A stretch of DNA of 59,464 nt, filler included, from 8 parts of 8 records of this genome joined end to end with filler, not necessarily neighbours in it; one strand, 5' to 3'; shown: positions 19,885 to 32,610, numbered from the whole stretch's first letter. The notes: generated by a model not told the origin, from the sequence alone. Numbers and translations: made by a program.

Positions 19885-21568
19885 CTATTTGACAAACTTA
19901 CCTTTGAATTCATCAACAGCAGCGATAAGAGACTCTTTGGTACTATCACCGAGTGCTCCAGTCTTCTTGATCTCATCAAGAACAGCAGACTTTTCACTGC
20001 GGAGGAACTCAAGGAGTTCTTCTTCAAACCTACCGATTGAAGCAACTTCAAGACTATCCAAATGACCGTCAATACCGCAGAAGATCGCAACAACCTGTTC
20101 CCATACTGGAAGTGGCTTGTACTGAAGCTGTTTGAGCATTTCAACAAGACGCTCACCACGTGCAAGCTGCTTCTGAGTAACAGCATCAAGATCAGAACCG
20201 AACTGAGCAAAAGCTTCCCAGTTCACGATACTGCGCAAGGTCAAGTTTGAGACTACCGGAGACCTTCTTCATCGCCTTGGTCTGCGCTGCACCACCAACA
20301 CGTGAAACAGAGATACCAACATTCATCGCCGGACGCACACCTGAGAAGAAGAGTGAGCTTTCAAGGAAGATCTGACCATCTGTAATTGAGATAACATTGG
20401 TTGGAATATATGCAGAAACGTCACCAGCCTGTGTCTCAATAATCGGTAGCGCTGTCAACGAACCACCACTGCTAGGAATCTTCGCCAGTTTTTTACCAGC
20501 AAGAGACTTCACCGCATCACTGCCTTCTTCATATCCCGGCACACCAACGTATACCTTACCTTCTGCATTCTCTTCTGTAAGAGTAGCTTCGTCTGTGCTT
20601 TCACCGACAATAACATATTTATTAGCCAGCTTGACAGCACGTTCGAGGAGGCGTGAGTGTAGATAGAAGACATCACCCGGATAAGCTTCACGACCAGGAG
20701 GACGACGGAGCTGAAGTGACATTTCACGGTATGCCCATGCATGCTTTGACAGGTCATCATAAACACAGAGAACATGTTTACCCTGTTCCATAAAGTATTC
20801 ACCGATTGTAACACCTGTATAAGGTGCAAGGTACTGCTGAGAAGCAGGGTCAGACGCTGTAGCGGATACCACGATAGTATAACCGAGTGCTCCCTCTTTC
20901 TGCAGTGTATCAATAATACGGGTCACAGTAGAACGCTTCTGTCCAATAGCCACATAGATACATATAACATCAAGATTATCAATATCACCGTCCCAGCCAT
21001 GGTTCTGGTTGAGAATAGCATCAAGAGCAATCGCAGTCTTACCTGTCTGTCTGTCACCGATGATAAGTTCACGCTGACCACGACCGATAGGTGTCATTGC
21101 ATCGATACACTTGATACCTGTCTGGAGTGGTTCTTCAACAGGCTGTCTTTCAACAATACCCGGAGCAATTCGTTCGACATGGCGTTTTTCATTGCTCTCA
21201 ATCGCACCCTTACCGTCAACCGGTTCACCAAGAGCATCAATAACACGACCAAGCAATGCTTCACCGACAGGAACTTCAGAGATACTGCCAGTACGCTTTA
21301 CTGTATCACCTTCACGTATACCGACATCAGACCCAAGCAAAACGACACCGATATTATCTTCTTCAATATTAAGAGCCAATCCCTTAACACCGGTTGGAAA
21401 TTCCAGCAACTCCCCAGCACAGGCATTTTCTAAGCCATGCACACGGGCAATGCCATCACCAACCTGTAACACCTCACCGACTTCAGCGCGGTCTACTTCG
21501 CGACCAAAAGAAGATATCTCTTCTTTAATCAGCGCACTGATTTCCTCAGGCTTGATCTGTACACGCAT
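19885..21568 (-). CDS. atpA: F1 ATP synthase alpha subunit (extra G at about 20217-20219)
   Basis: [40 protein letters not shown]. Removing one G gives [18 protein letters not shown], joining ORFs 20192-21568 and 19885-20244. Confidence 0.96.
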
Positions 21569-21723
21569 TTTTAAAACCCTCTCATAAAATTGAGAAAACT
21601 ATATTTTATTTTCCTGAACTAAATTAATTAAACCTAAACTATTATTATTCCGCTCGAGTCGCCGCCGAACCTCCACACCAAATCAGCCGGAATTTATCTG
21701 CCTCTATTCTTTGACACTGTAAG

Positions 21724-22278
21724 CTAGAGCAACTCTGCCTCAATACGATCCATTCTACCCTTGATCGAACCATCATACAACTCATCACCAATCTTGGCTC
21801 TGATACCGGAGAGAAGCTTGGTATTGATCTTTACCTGCAGACGGACTTTCTGCCCCGCCTTCTGCTCGAGTGCTGCAGCAATTCTTTCTTCCTGTTTCTC
21901 AGTAAGAGCAAATGCTGTCTCTACTTCTGCTGTAACAACCTCTTCTATCTTTGAAGCAATGCGGATATACTCACGGGCGATACGAGCCATAAGCGGCACT
22001 CTCCCCTTACGGATAAGTACATTCAGAAACTCAGAGACCAGCTCTCCTACCTCAAGTTTTTCGCACAGGGTATCTGTCATCTTTATCTTCTGCACCAGAG
22101 CCACAACCGGACTCCCGAGGTAATCTGCCAGTTCCGGCACAGAAATTTCTCCGCCTTCAGCATCAAGGATATCAGCCAGTGTCAGAATATCTGCCGTGGT
22201 CTTTTCAATCTCTTTTTTCTCAGCCGCAACTTCAGCCAGAGCCTTGGCATACCTACGGGCAATTACATTCTCAATCAT
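21724..22278 (-). CDS. atpH: F1 ATP synthase delta subunit
   Basis: IARRYAKAL, FLNVLIRKGR, AEVETA, LLSGIRAKIGDELYDGS; operon position. Confidence 0.93.
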   Translation of the reverse strand: MIENVIARRYAKALAEVAAEKKEIEKTTADILTLADILDAEGGEISVPELADYLGSPVVALVQKIKMTDTLCEKLEVGELVSEFLNVLIRKGRVPLMARIAREYIRIASKIEEVVTAEVETAFALTEKQEERIAAALEQKAGQKVRLQVKINTKLLSGIRAKIGDELYDGSIKGRMDRIEAELL

Positions 22279-22363
22279 CAACCAACTCCCGGAATATACA
22301 AGTAAATATCTAGTATCTACTGAAATTTATCTCACAAAATTCATTTACTGCCACTCTCAGAAA

Positions 22364-23242
22364 TTATTTCTCAAGATCAGCAATAAAATCATCAACGGCA
22401 TTACTATGCACGTTTTCATTGAGTTCCTGCTCAAGCAGTTTGCGTGCTTCAACAACAGCATGCGCAGCAACTTCCTGCTTCAGCTTTCTTGCAGCCATCT
22501 CAATATCAGCATTGATACTGCCCTTGACACTCTTCAAGATCTCTTTTGCGTCAAGCTCTGCATTATGCTCCTGCCTGATCTTTTCTGCTTCTTCTTCATC
22601 AACCAGCACCTGACCGAGACGTTCTTTCTCAACATCCAGCTCTCTGAGCAGTTCTTCATACTTCTGTTTGAGCTCTCCTGCTTCCTTCTGCGCAGCCCTT
22701 GCACTAGCAAGTGCTTCTGCAGTCTCTTTAGCCGAATCACTCAGCATCTTACCTACAGGAGCTTTGAGCCCAAAGTACAGACCGATAAAGAGCCCTAGCA
22801 GATTATAGACAGTAAAAGTATAAGCCCAGTTGATATTCCAGAACCAACCTTCTTTATAAACTTTCAGTTCTGTATAAGGAAAGAGCATCTCCTTGACAGA
22901 CTTCTTCTCTGCTGTATCCTGCTGCACAGCAAGTACGATCTCCGCAGCAACCGGCAGAGTTACTTTATGCCCTGCTTTGATAGCTACCGGCACGTCATTT
23001 ACTGTATCAAAAGAATAATCAGTATCAGCACGGAACTTTGCCTTATCTTCATCCGCATTCTTCTGCAGTTCTTCAAGGGTACTGCCACCACCCGGAAATG
23101 CAGAGGTAATCCATTCATTGACAGGCACAGCAACATCTCTACCGATAGAACCTGATATATAACAAGCCATCAGCAGTATATAAATAATTCCATAAATTTT
23201 AAACGGCAAGAGGTTTACGCCTGCACTCTTCTCAGCACTCAT
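22364..23242 (-). CDS. atpF: Fo ATP synthase b subunit with N-terminal extension (extra TM + about 100-aa soluble domain)
   Basis: C-terminal half NLLGLFIGLYFGLKAPVGKML plus coiled coil ending VDDFIADLEK is b-like. It lies directly upstream of atpH, with an AGGAGG RBS and ATGA overlap with the upstream b' gene. Confidence 0.82.
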   Translation of the reverse strand: MSAEKSAGVNLLPFKIYGIIYILLMACYISGSIGRDVAVPVNEWITSAFPGGGSTLEELQKNADEDKAKFRADTDYSFDTVNDVPVAIKAGHKVTLPVAAEIVLAVQQDTAEKKSVKEMLFPYTELKVYKEGWFWNINWAYTFTVYNLLGLFIGLYFGLKAPVGKMLSDSAKETAEALASARAAQKEAGELKQKYEELLRELDVEKERLGQVLVDEEEAEKIRQEHNAELDAKEILKSVKGSINADIEMAARKLKQEVAAHAVVEARKLLEQELNENVHSNAVDDFIADLEK

Positions 23243-24174
23243 GCTCTGCCTCCTGCTATTACCTGAGCAACAATCTGCTTTGCCAGCTCATCTACATTTG
23301 TTTTCAATTCAGACTCAACTTCCCTGATCTTCGCAGCCAGCTCCTGATGCGCTTCATCACGTATTTTATGAGCCTGATCAGTAGCTTCCTGCACAGTCTT
23401 CTCCGCTTCCAGAGCTATCGCATGCTTTGCTTTACCAAGCTCAAGCACATACTCTCTGCGCAGATCATCAAACTTGTCCTTACTCTCACTCTCAAGCTTG
23501 CCGATTTCTACCCTATTGAGCTTTGCCTGCTCAACACCGGTAGTAACCTCTTCAGCGCGTTCATCCATAATCTTAGTTAATGGATCAAACATAATGAGTT
23601 TGAGTGCTGCCAGCAGTGCAAGAAAGATAAGCGGCACAAGAATCATAGTACCGGATTCAATAGAGACAACCCCGCCGGTTCCTACAACCCTGATCTTCTT
23701 AATACCGAGTCCCTCAAGCTTGTCGAGAGTTTCTTTATTAAGAATACTGCCACTCGCTGCAATCATATTCCCTTTACCATCAAGAATGTTATCCCTGACA
23801 GTATAGCTCATTGCAGCCAGATCAAGAATACCTTCCGGATCTCTTACAGGAAGACTGCGTGCAAGCTTTGGTTCTTTCTCCACAATTTCCATGTAGTTCT
23901 CAGCTGTAAGAACATGGGTCTTGACATAACTGCTCTCACCGCCGAAATGATAACCAGTACTTATTGGCTGATAGTCAGCACGCACAAGCTCTTTGAGCCT
24001 GTCAGCACGTGCAGCCTTATCCGAATCCCATTGCTCCAGACTCATTGTCCCGAGCACATCGATATTCTTATCAATATACTGAGGCAGTTCGATGTAACTG
24101 AAGTTACGCTTTGAACCGGAGTAATAGCAGACCAGAATAACCAGTACCACTATAATGAAAAGAAGCTTCTTCAT
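23239..24174 (-). CDS. Fo ATP synthase b' subunit with N-terminal extension (signal/TM + about 150-aa soluble domain)
   Basis: TMILVPLIFLALLAALKLIMFDPLTKIMDER plus coiled coil ending LAKQIVAQVI is b'-like. Start chosen at MKKLLFIIVV (ATG 24174). Confidence 0.8.
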   Translation of the reverse strand: MKKLLFIIVVLVILVCYYSGSKRNFSYIELPQYIDKNIDVLGTMSLEQWDSDKAARADRLKELVRADYQPISTGYHFGGESSYVKTHVLTAENYMEIVEKEPKLARSLPVRDPEGILDLAAMSYTVRDNILDGKGNMIAASGSILNKETLDKLEGLGIKKIRVVGTGGVVSIESGTMILVPLIFLALLAALKLIMFDPLTKIMDERAEEVTTGVEQAKLNRVEIGKLESESKDKFDDLRREYVLELGKAKHAIALEAEKTVQEATDQAHKIRDEAHQELAAKIREVESELKTNVDELAKQIVAQVIAGGRA

Positions 24175-24378
24175 TTGATTGCTTTCACATAAAACCATAA
24201 CGGTAAATACAGAGTCACTAAACCACCACCGGACAACAGCCTCTGGGCAATTGTATCCGGTCTGATACATTTTTCTGCAAACCCTGCTGCAGTCAGTAGA
24301 TAATCTGCAGGTATAATATTACATTATACTCAGCTCAAACAGCTGCAGCAAAAGGATTTCACAAATACTTAAAAGTAT

Positions 24379-24550
<172 letters not shown>

Positions 24551-24650
24551 NNNNNNNNNNNNNNNNNNNNNNNNNNNNNNNNNNNNNNNNNNNNTTAATT
24601 AATTAANNNNNNNNNNNNNNNNNNNNNNNNNNNNNNNNNNNNNNNNNNNN
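24551..24650. other. Artificial contig-joining linker
   Basis: 44N-TTAATTAATTAA-44N. Confidence 0.97.
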
Positions 24651-24651
24651 T

Positions 24652-27600
24652 ATGAGAAAATCATTTACTCAGCTTTTTAGCGTTTTAATGCTAATTTGTG
24701 TGTTCGGTTTTCAGGCATCGACATTTGCTGCTGATTCCTGGGATAGAGATAACTCTATTCCTATGGATGAAGACATCAATGTCAATCCTGCAGATATCGC
24801 AACACAATTTGTGGTGGCCTTCGACGATGTGCCTGCCATTACTGCTGCCGGTGGAACAATGGCAGTGTACAAAGAAGGAACACTTCTTAAGGTAATTCCT
24901 ATTAACAATTCCAGCTCGGCTGTCGAGATTGTTGACGAAACAATTGTGGTGACACACGGAATTGCAAGTTTCGACGACGAAACATGGTATTCAATCCAAT
25001 TAACCGCCGGGACTGTTACCGTTGGTGAGGATGAAGTTCCTGTTGAAATCGATGGAAACTGGGAATTTCAAATAGGTGACTACACAGCTCCTCAATTGGT
25101 AGACGAAGATCCATTAGATCCTGTTGGCGACAACTGCGAAGCTAACATGTTTAGTAATGACTTTGAGTTGACCTTAGTGTTCGACGAGGATGTTGCTATT
25201 GGTGAAGGAACTATTGCCATTTACCAGGAAGACGGAACTGTAGTTGAACTTATCGATGTTCAAAACCTTGTTGGCAACCAAAATGTTGTGGTTGACAATG
25301 TTGACGGTATTGGAACTGTAACCGTAACTGTAAATGATGAAGCTCGTTTTGTAGAAGAAATGGCTTATTTTGTACGTGTTGCTCCAGGTGCTTTTGTTGA
25401 TGTTGTTGCAATGTATGGCGAAGATGCAGAACCAAACGCATTTGCCGGTATTGCTGATAACGATACATGGGCATTTACAACACGCGTAAACAGTGCTCCT
25501 GCAATTACTGCTTCGGTTACTGATATTACTGGTACCACAGCTACATTAAATGTAACTTTAGACGCCGACGGTGGTTTCTACTATTTGTTACAACTTGAAT
25601 CAGTTGCTGCTCCTACTGATATGACAGGCTTTTCTGCTCTTGTTGAAGCAGAAGCTGGTACCGCAGAAGAAGTTGACTTAACAGGATTAACTGGTTTAGT
25701 AGATTACGAAGTTTATATCGTATCTGAAAACGATGAAGATCCTATTAATCAATCTTCTGTAGCCGGTAAAAAAGTTGAATTTACTACTTTAGATAATTAT
25801 GCTCCTATTGCGGAAGAACGCGGTACGATTGCAAATGATGAAGGTGTTACTACTGGTGCCTGGATTGGTTTCGACGAAGAAGTTGTTGCCGGTGAAGGTA
25901 CTTTGTATGTTAGAAAATCGGAAAATAACGCATTGGCTGCAACATTAGATGCTTCTGTTGTAACAAGCACAGAAATTGATAACGACGATGATCCAGCTGA
26001 TGGATTATGGAAAGTTGTATTCGATTTTGGTGTTGAACTGGAAAGTGCAACCGATTATTATATTGTATTCCCTAACGGTTTTATTACCGATGTATTAGGA
26101 AACGAATATGCTGATGACGTTGTTGATGGTTATGATGTGCCGGATGATGACGGAGAGTGGGAAATCACTTCTGCTGACTTTGAAGCGCCTGTTGTAACAT
26201 TCTCAACAGATACAAAAGATACACCAACTACCAGCGATATTACTGGTGCTGGTAACGATGACTATTTATATATTCATTTCGACGAAGACGTTGTTCCTGC
26301 AACTTTATTTGCTGAAGGCGATGAGGATGAAGACTGGGATGATCTTAATGATGAAGATGATAGCCCAAGATGGACAGAATATATAACATTAGAAAAAGAT
26401 GGTAAATTGTTACGTTTCGAATGTGAATATGACGAGGATGATAACGAGTTTGAGATTGAACTTCAGGAAATGGGTTCTAGTGTTTGGAGTTCATATGATG
26501 CTGAATTCGAAAGCAATACTACGTATACGCTTACTTTAAAAGCAAACGTTGTTGAAGACTTGGATGGCAATGTAATTGAAACAGAACATTCTATTAATAT
26601 TACTACCGGTGATAATAACGATGCAGAATATAATTTCGGACCATCAAGCTCGCTTGATGCAACTACTGCTCTTACTATCGAATTCGAAAAAGATGTATTT
26701 GTTGCCGACGAAGAAGGTGAAATCGATCATGCGTTAGAAACTGCAGATTTAGCAGACATTCTTACTCTGGAAATTAACGAAGGTGACGGAATGGAAGAGG
26801 TAGATGATTTTACTGCTGAATACGATCCTGCAACAATGACTATTACAGTAACTCCGGTTGAACCTTGGCCAACTTCAGTTTGTGACGATCTTACAGTTAA
26901 TGTAATGTTAACTATAGACGATAGTGAATTAATAGATTCTTACGAAGAAGCATTCTCTGGTGACGGTAGTGAAACCTGGGTTGTTGAAGACTACGAAGCT
27001 CCTGAAGTAACCTTGCTTTCCGGAGATATCGAAAGCACTGATATGGTAACCGACAATGCTACAATTGAATTCTCTGAGCTTGTTGGACTTCCTGTAGACT
27101 ATCCGGGACAAGATGGTTTCTTAACCATGTTTACATTGAAATTAGGTAGTGCAGAGGGTGAGAACTTACCATTTACTGTTTCTCCTGAAGAGAACGGTCA
27201 TGATTTATATACTTTAACTCCTGAAGGATGGACCTGGGATACAGACGAAACTTATTATTACGGTGTTGGTGAAATTTTTGCTGACTGTGATAATAATTAT
27301 GCGCCTGCTACTTTTGGTACATTCACTGTTGTTGGCGATGCAGTTGACCCAACTGTTGAAGCTTTAACATATACTGTTAATGATGGCGCAGCAGCGGATA
27401 TTGATGATGTAACTGAAGGCGTTGAAGCTGACAGCGATAACTCGAATCTGGTTACTGTTAAAGTACAATTCAATATTAATGTTGATGATGCTGATTTAAC
27501 AGTTCCTGTAAGCGTAGTATTTGAAGGTGATGAAGTTGTAGCACCGATTGCTATTACAGTTGAATCTGATGATATTGATGGAGATGTACTTACTCTTGTT

Positions 27601-30600
27601 TTTGATGGAACAGTACTTCCTGAAGATTCAACTCAAATTACAGTGACTATTCCTGCAGGTTTAGTTGAAGGAAACGCTACTTACGACGGAACTAACTATG
27701 CTCAGTTAGAGGATGATGTTGTAATCAGTTTGATTTCTGCCGATGGAAAAGCTCCTGTAATTCTTGGCCAGACTCCGGTTGCTGCTTCAACAGTAGCTAT
27801 GGATCTTGACGAAGGTGAAATGACCATTGATTTCGATGAGCCTGTTGCTTTGGGATCTGGAAGTATTACTTTCACTGAAACAGGAGAAACAACAGCAGAA
27901 CAAAGTGTTACTGTAAGTGCTGCTAACATCGAAGTTGATGAAGACGGTATGTCTGCAGTGGTATCTGTTGATGATCTTGAATTATACAATACTGAATATA
28001 CAGTAGTAGTAGTAGCAGAAGCGTTTGTTGATGAAGCCGGAAATGATCTTGGTGCAGACCAGTCATGGGTTTACACAACTGATGTGAATACTCCTCCTGC
28101 AGTAGATGAATTATCTCCTGCTGATTATTCTGACTTGGTACCATTAACCCTTGACCTACAAATAACATTTGACGAAGATGTTGTACAGGCAAGTGTTGCG
28201 GGTAGCCGTAAATTGATTTATGTTATCGAGAAAGTGGGTGAAGAGGCTGACCAGATTATTAACGGCGAAGGAGATCTTGTTAATGAAACTGAGGATGCTG
28301 ATGATATTATGGTTTACTTCACTTACGTTGAAGATACTGATAATGTAAAAGTTGATGGCAACTTGGTTACTATTACAGGTGTTGTTCTTGAAGAAGACAA
28401 AGAATACTACGTATTAATTACTCCTGGAGCATTTAAAGATTTAGCCGAGCCGGACACAGAGGTTGCTGAATATGTAGGAATTACCGCATACAATGGTGAC
28501 GAAGGTGACGCATGGGATTTCAAAACCGGAGATGTTGTTAACGCTGAAGCAAGCTTAGACTTTACTATATTTGGTTTAGATAAGGACGAAGATGATGGTA
28601 CTTACTACGGAGTTGCTACAGATTCAGATATTGAATTAGTATTCTCTAAACCTGTAGCTAAAGCAGATGGTACTGAAATTACTGACGAAGAAATTCCTTT
28701 ATTGGTTCAATTATACAAAGGTTCAGTTGACCCTGATAATGAGATTGAGTTCACCGGTACTATTAGTGCTGATAAAAAGACAATTACTATCGATAACAGT
28801 TCATTGGTTATTCTTGGTGAAATGGTTGGAAGCACTCAATACTGGGTAAGATTCGAAAGTGCAGTTCTTGAGAGTGCAGGAAATGAAACAGATCTTGCTG
28901 CATGGGAACTTGATTTCTGGACTTCTGATTACGACGCTCCTGCTGCACCTGCTATTACTTTCGATGGCGACGAAGCTGACGCTGTTTGGTATGGTGAAAA
29001 CAGTGACGAAGTTGATTCTCACATTGCCGAGTTAATATTAGACGATGACGCTGCTGACGCAGTTGCAATCTACTATTTGTGGACAACTGATTTGGATGCT
29101 GACATTACAGCAGAAAACGTGAAAGACTTAGGTGTTGCTCTTTCTGTAGGTAACGACGACGACGATCTTGTTCCTGGTGGAACCATCGATCTTGTTTTCG
29201 AAGAAAATATGGAAAGTGAAACGGAATACCGTGTAGTTGCAGTTGCTGAAGACCTGGCAGGTAACTTGTCGGATGTTGAAGACTTTACTTATATTACTGA
29301 TGACGTAGTAGAGCCTGCATTGGTTGGCGATCTTCCAACTGCTTTTAGCGAAGACGAAGATCTTCAGGTTGTATTCGACGAGGATGTAGAACCAGTTGAT
29401 GATGCTTACGCTCGTGTAATCGATGCTAACGGTGTTGTTTATATGGCTCCTCTTACGAACCTCGATGGTGACGATGCTGATGCTAACATTATTACAATTG
29501 TAATTAGTGCTGCCGGTCTTCCATTGTCAGAAGACATTGCTACCTATACTATTGAGATTGACGGTGGAATGATTGTAGATGTTCCTCGTGAAATTGAAAC
29601 AGGTGTATTTGCCAACGAGCCTAATGTTTACGCCGGATTATTTGGTTCTTCATTCGCAGTAACAACTGACGATGAAACTGCTCCTGAATTAGATGACTTC
29701 ACTGTTGATGCATTGGATGAAGATCCTATACCTATGGAATGGTGGTTTGGAGGGGTTGAAACTTCAGGCGAAGACTTTGTATACGTTCCTTTAAATCCAA
29801 CATTTACATTAACTTTCGACGAAGCAGTTGAGTTAAACGACAACTTTATTTCATTCGTTGTATACGAATTCGATAACAACTACCTGGATTGGTGGGAAAA
29901 TATTTACTATGGCGATCCTACTATGGTAATGAAATCAGCTCAGGAAATGGGTGATGCCTACGACGTTATTACTGCTGAAAATATTAGCGGTGAAGGAACT
30001 TCTACAATAACTATTACTACAAATCGTGCATTTGTAACAAGTAAAACATACTATATTGTAATTAATGATGGTACGTTTAGCGACATGGACGGTAATGTTT
30101 GGGATAATGGTGACAATCTTTACAAAAACATGATTGGTGAAGATACAGAACCATTGTATGTTAGCTTCCGTGCTCCTGTATATAACGACGAGGAAGGCGA
30201 TTATGAAATGTTCTACTTACCTTACGATGGTGAACTGCCTGACGTTCCAATGGGAGAAAATCATGAAGATCACAACTTCCAGATTAAATTCCGTAAAAGT
30301 AACGGCTTAAGTGGTTTCGAAGGTGATATTGAATGTGAAGACTATCCAGAAGGTTTCGTGATTGATCCTGAGCAAGATGTTATCGACGTTACTGAATTGT
30401 ACGAACATGTATATGTTAAGGTAGATGGAGTGGATATTCCTTTCTCTATAAAAATTGGAAGTTACAATTGTCCTTACATGAGTGCAATTAAATTCGGAGT
30501 ACCAGACATCGAAGATTACAAAGGACAGACGATTACTTACGGTTTTGTAAATCTTTACGATAACCATGGTAATTTGAATGAAGGCGAAGAGGTTTCATTC

Positions 30601-32610
30601 GTAATTGCTGAAGACGCTGAAGTACACTATGCCGCAACGTTCACTCCTGGTGATAACGACAGAGATAGCGATACTGAAGTTACTATTCCTGTAGACCAGG
30701 TATTCACTGTTGCTTTCGACAGTATTATTTACTCGTACAATGCAGTTGCAGAATTAAATAACTTAATCGTTGATGCAGAGTGGTTGGAAACAAATGGTGC
30801 TTTCGCCTTGTCGCCAATGCCTGCTGACGCTACTTTGGAAGTTCTTACTTACGAAGAAGTTGATGGTAAATCTGTTGTAACTCTTCAGGTTGATACTGAC
30901 TTGGATAGCGAAACTACTTATACATTGTCAATCGTTGATGACAAAATTCAAGTTGGTCAGGGAACTACTCCATTAAATGACCAGCACGAAACATACGTAA
31001 CAGGTGACGTTACAGCTCCTGAATTGATTACAATGTACGACCCGGAAGAAGACGAAGACGTTATTGATCCTGATGCATACCTACCTGTAAACGATGGTAT
31101 CGCTGGTAAATCAGAAACGCTTGGTCTTGTATTCGACGAAGAAGTTGAAGGTGCCGGTTCTGTAGAAATTCACCTATGGGATGGTCAGATTGTTGCTACT
31201 GTTGATATTACAGGAGTAGGAAGTGATGATGACGCTACTGATGATGAATGGGTTATTGAATTAGGCGATATTGAAGATATCATGGCTGATAATTCTACAT
31301 TCATAACTAACGAATCATACTACGTAATTATACCGGATACTTCAATAGTTGATATGTCAGGAAATGCTTACGCAGGTATCACTACCATTAACGAATGGAG
31401 TTTCGAATTACAAGATGATACTACTCCTATTCCTACATTCGTACAAAACGAAGAAATGGGTGTATCTACAACTACTACTATCGACATCGTATTCGACCGT
31501 GAAGTTGTTACTGACTATGGTTGGTTAGCAGTTTACGAAGAAGAAGATGGTGATGCAGTTCAACTAATTCGTATCGAAGACGATTTTGTTGATGACGGTA
31601 CTTCATTCACTTTCGAAATTGATGAGTTAGCTGAAAATACTAAATACTATGTAGAATTAGGCGAAGGTTCATTCGTTCTTGAAGCTGACGGTTCTACTAA
31701 ACAAGAACAGGTTAACATTGGTGAATGGTGGTTCTCTACAGAGATTAACTCAGCTCCTGAAGTTGTTGAATTCTCTCCAGCTCACGAAGAAGAGTTTACT
31801 TTCGCTGTTGCTCCTGGTTCTGACTTGGTAATTACATTCGACCAGGAAGTTGCTGCCGGAACTGGAAATATTCAGTTACATAACATGCTAACAACCGGTG
31901 ATAATATCATCAGTAGTTTCGATGTAACAGATGCAGCATCAGTTGTATTTGACGGCGTAACTGTAACTATTACTGGTGATGTATTAGGTTTGGTAGAAAA
32001 TGCTAAGTATTATGTAATCGTTCCTGAAGGAGCAATTGTTAATACAAGTTCTACTCCTGAAGCCTGGGAAGGTGTAACTACACCACTTGCATGGCAATTC
32101 TCAACTCCTGAAACTTTCGTAGTTCCGGAATTGGCTTCTTTCACTCCTCAGGATACAATTGCAGATAACCACCCTGAATTCGTAATGACATTCGTAGACA
32201 ACGTAATGTTTGGCGAAGCAGGTACATTAACTGTAACTGAGAAGGATTCTACTGAGGCATTCTTAGTATTAGATATTACTGAAGATATGATCGTTGACAA
32301 TGTAGTAACTGTTTCATTCGACACAGTTGCAACAGGCGGCTTAAACAACAATACAACTTATATTGTAAATGTTGACGCTGGTGTATTGGTTAACGAAGCA
32401 GGTAACGCTTGGGAAGGTGTAGCAGACGAATCATGGACATTCACTACTGGTGACTCGTTCTTGACTGCTATTGACCCTGTAGTTGAAGATGTTGACTACA
32501 ATGTTTATCCTAACCCATTCAGTTCTTATATCAGAATTGATAACTACGACAAACTGACTAGAGTTATTATAACTAACATCGCTGGTCAGCGTGTATTAGA
32601 TATTGAATAT
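24652..32610 (+). CDS. Very large acidic surface protein with tandem Big_5/SbsA-like Ig domains, FN3-like inserts and T9SS type A CTD (3' truncated)
   Basis: Signal peptide; about 17 repeats of x(T/V)FDExV ... Y(Y/T)VxIxxGxFxDxxGN...WxFTT; C-terminal VYPNPFSSYIRI...ITNIAGQRV. Confidence 0.85.

Noticed and set aside
19885-20244. Split atpA or separate alpha C-terminal gene
   Set aside because: A single extra G breaks the conserved YRELEAFAQF motif, consistent with the error pattern across the window.
20397-21587. Antisense and alternate-frame ORFs overlapping atpA (and similar short ORFs over other long genes)
   Set aside because: Shadow ORFs of conserved genes with no recognisable motifs.
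24175-24270. Longer b' start (MYQTGYNC..., 343 aa)
   Set aside because: The upstream 32 codons look non-coding; MKKLLFIIVV is a typical signal/TM start.
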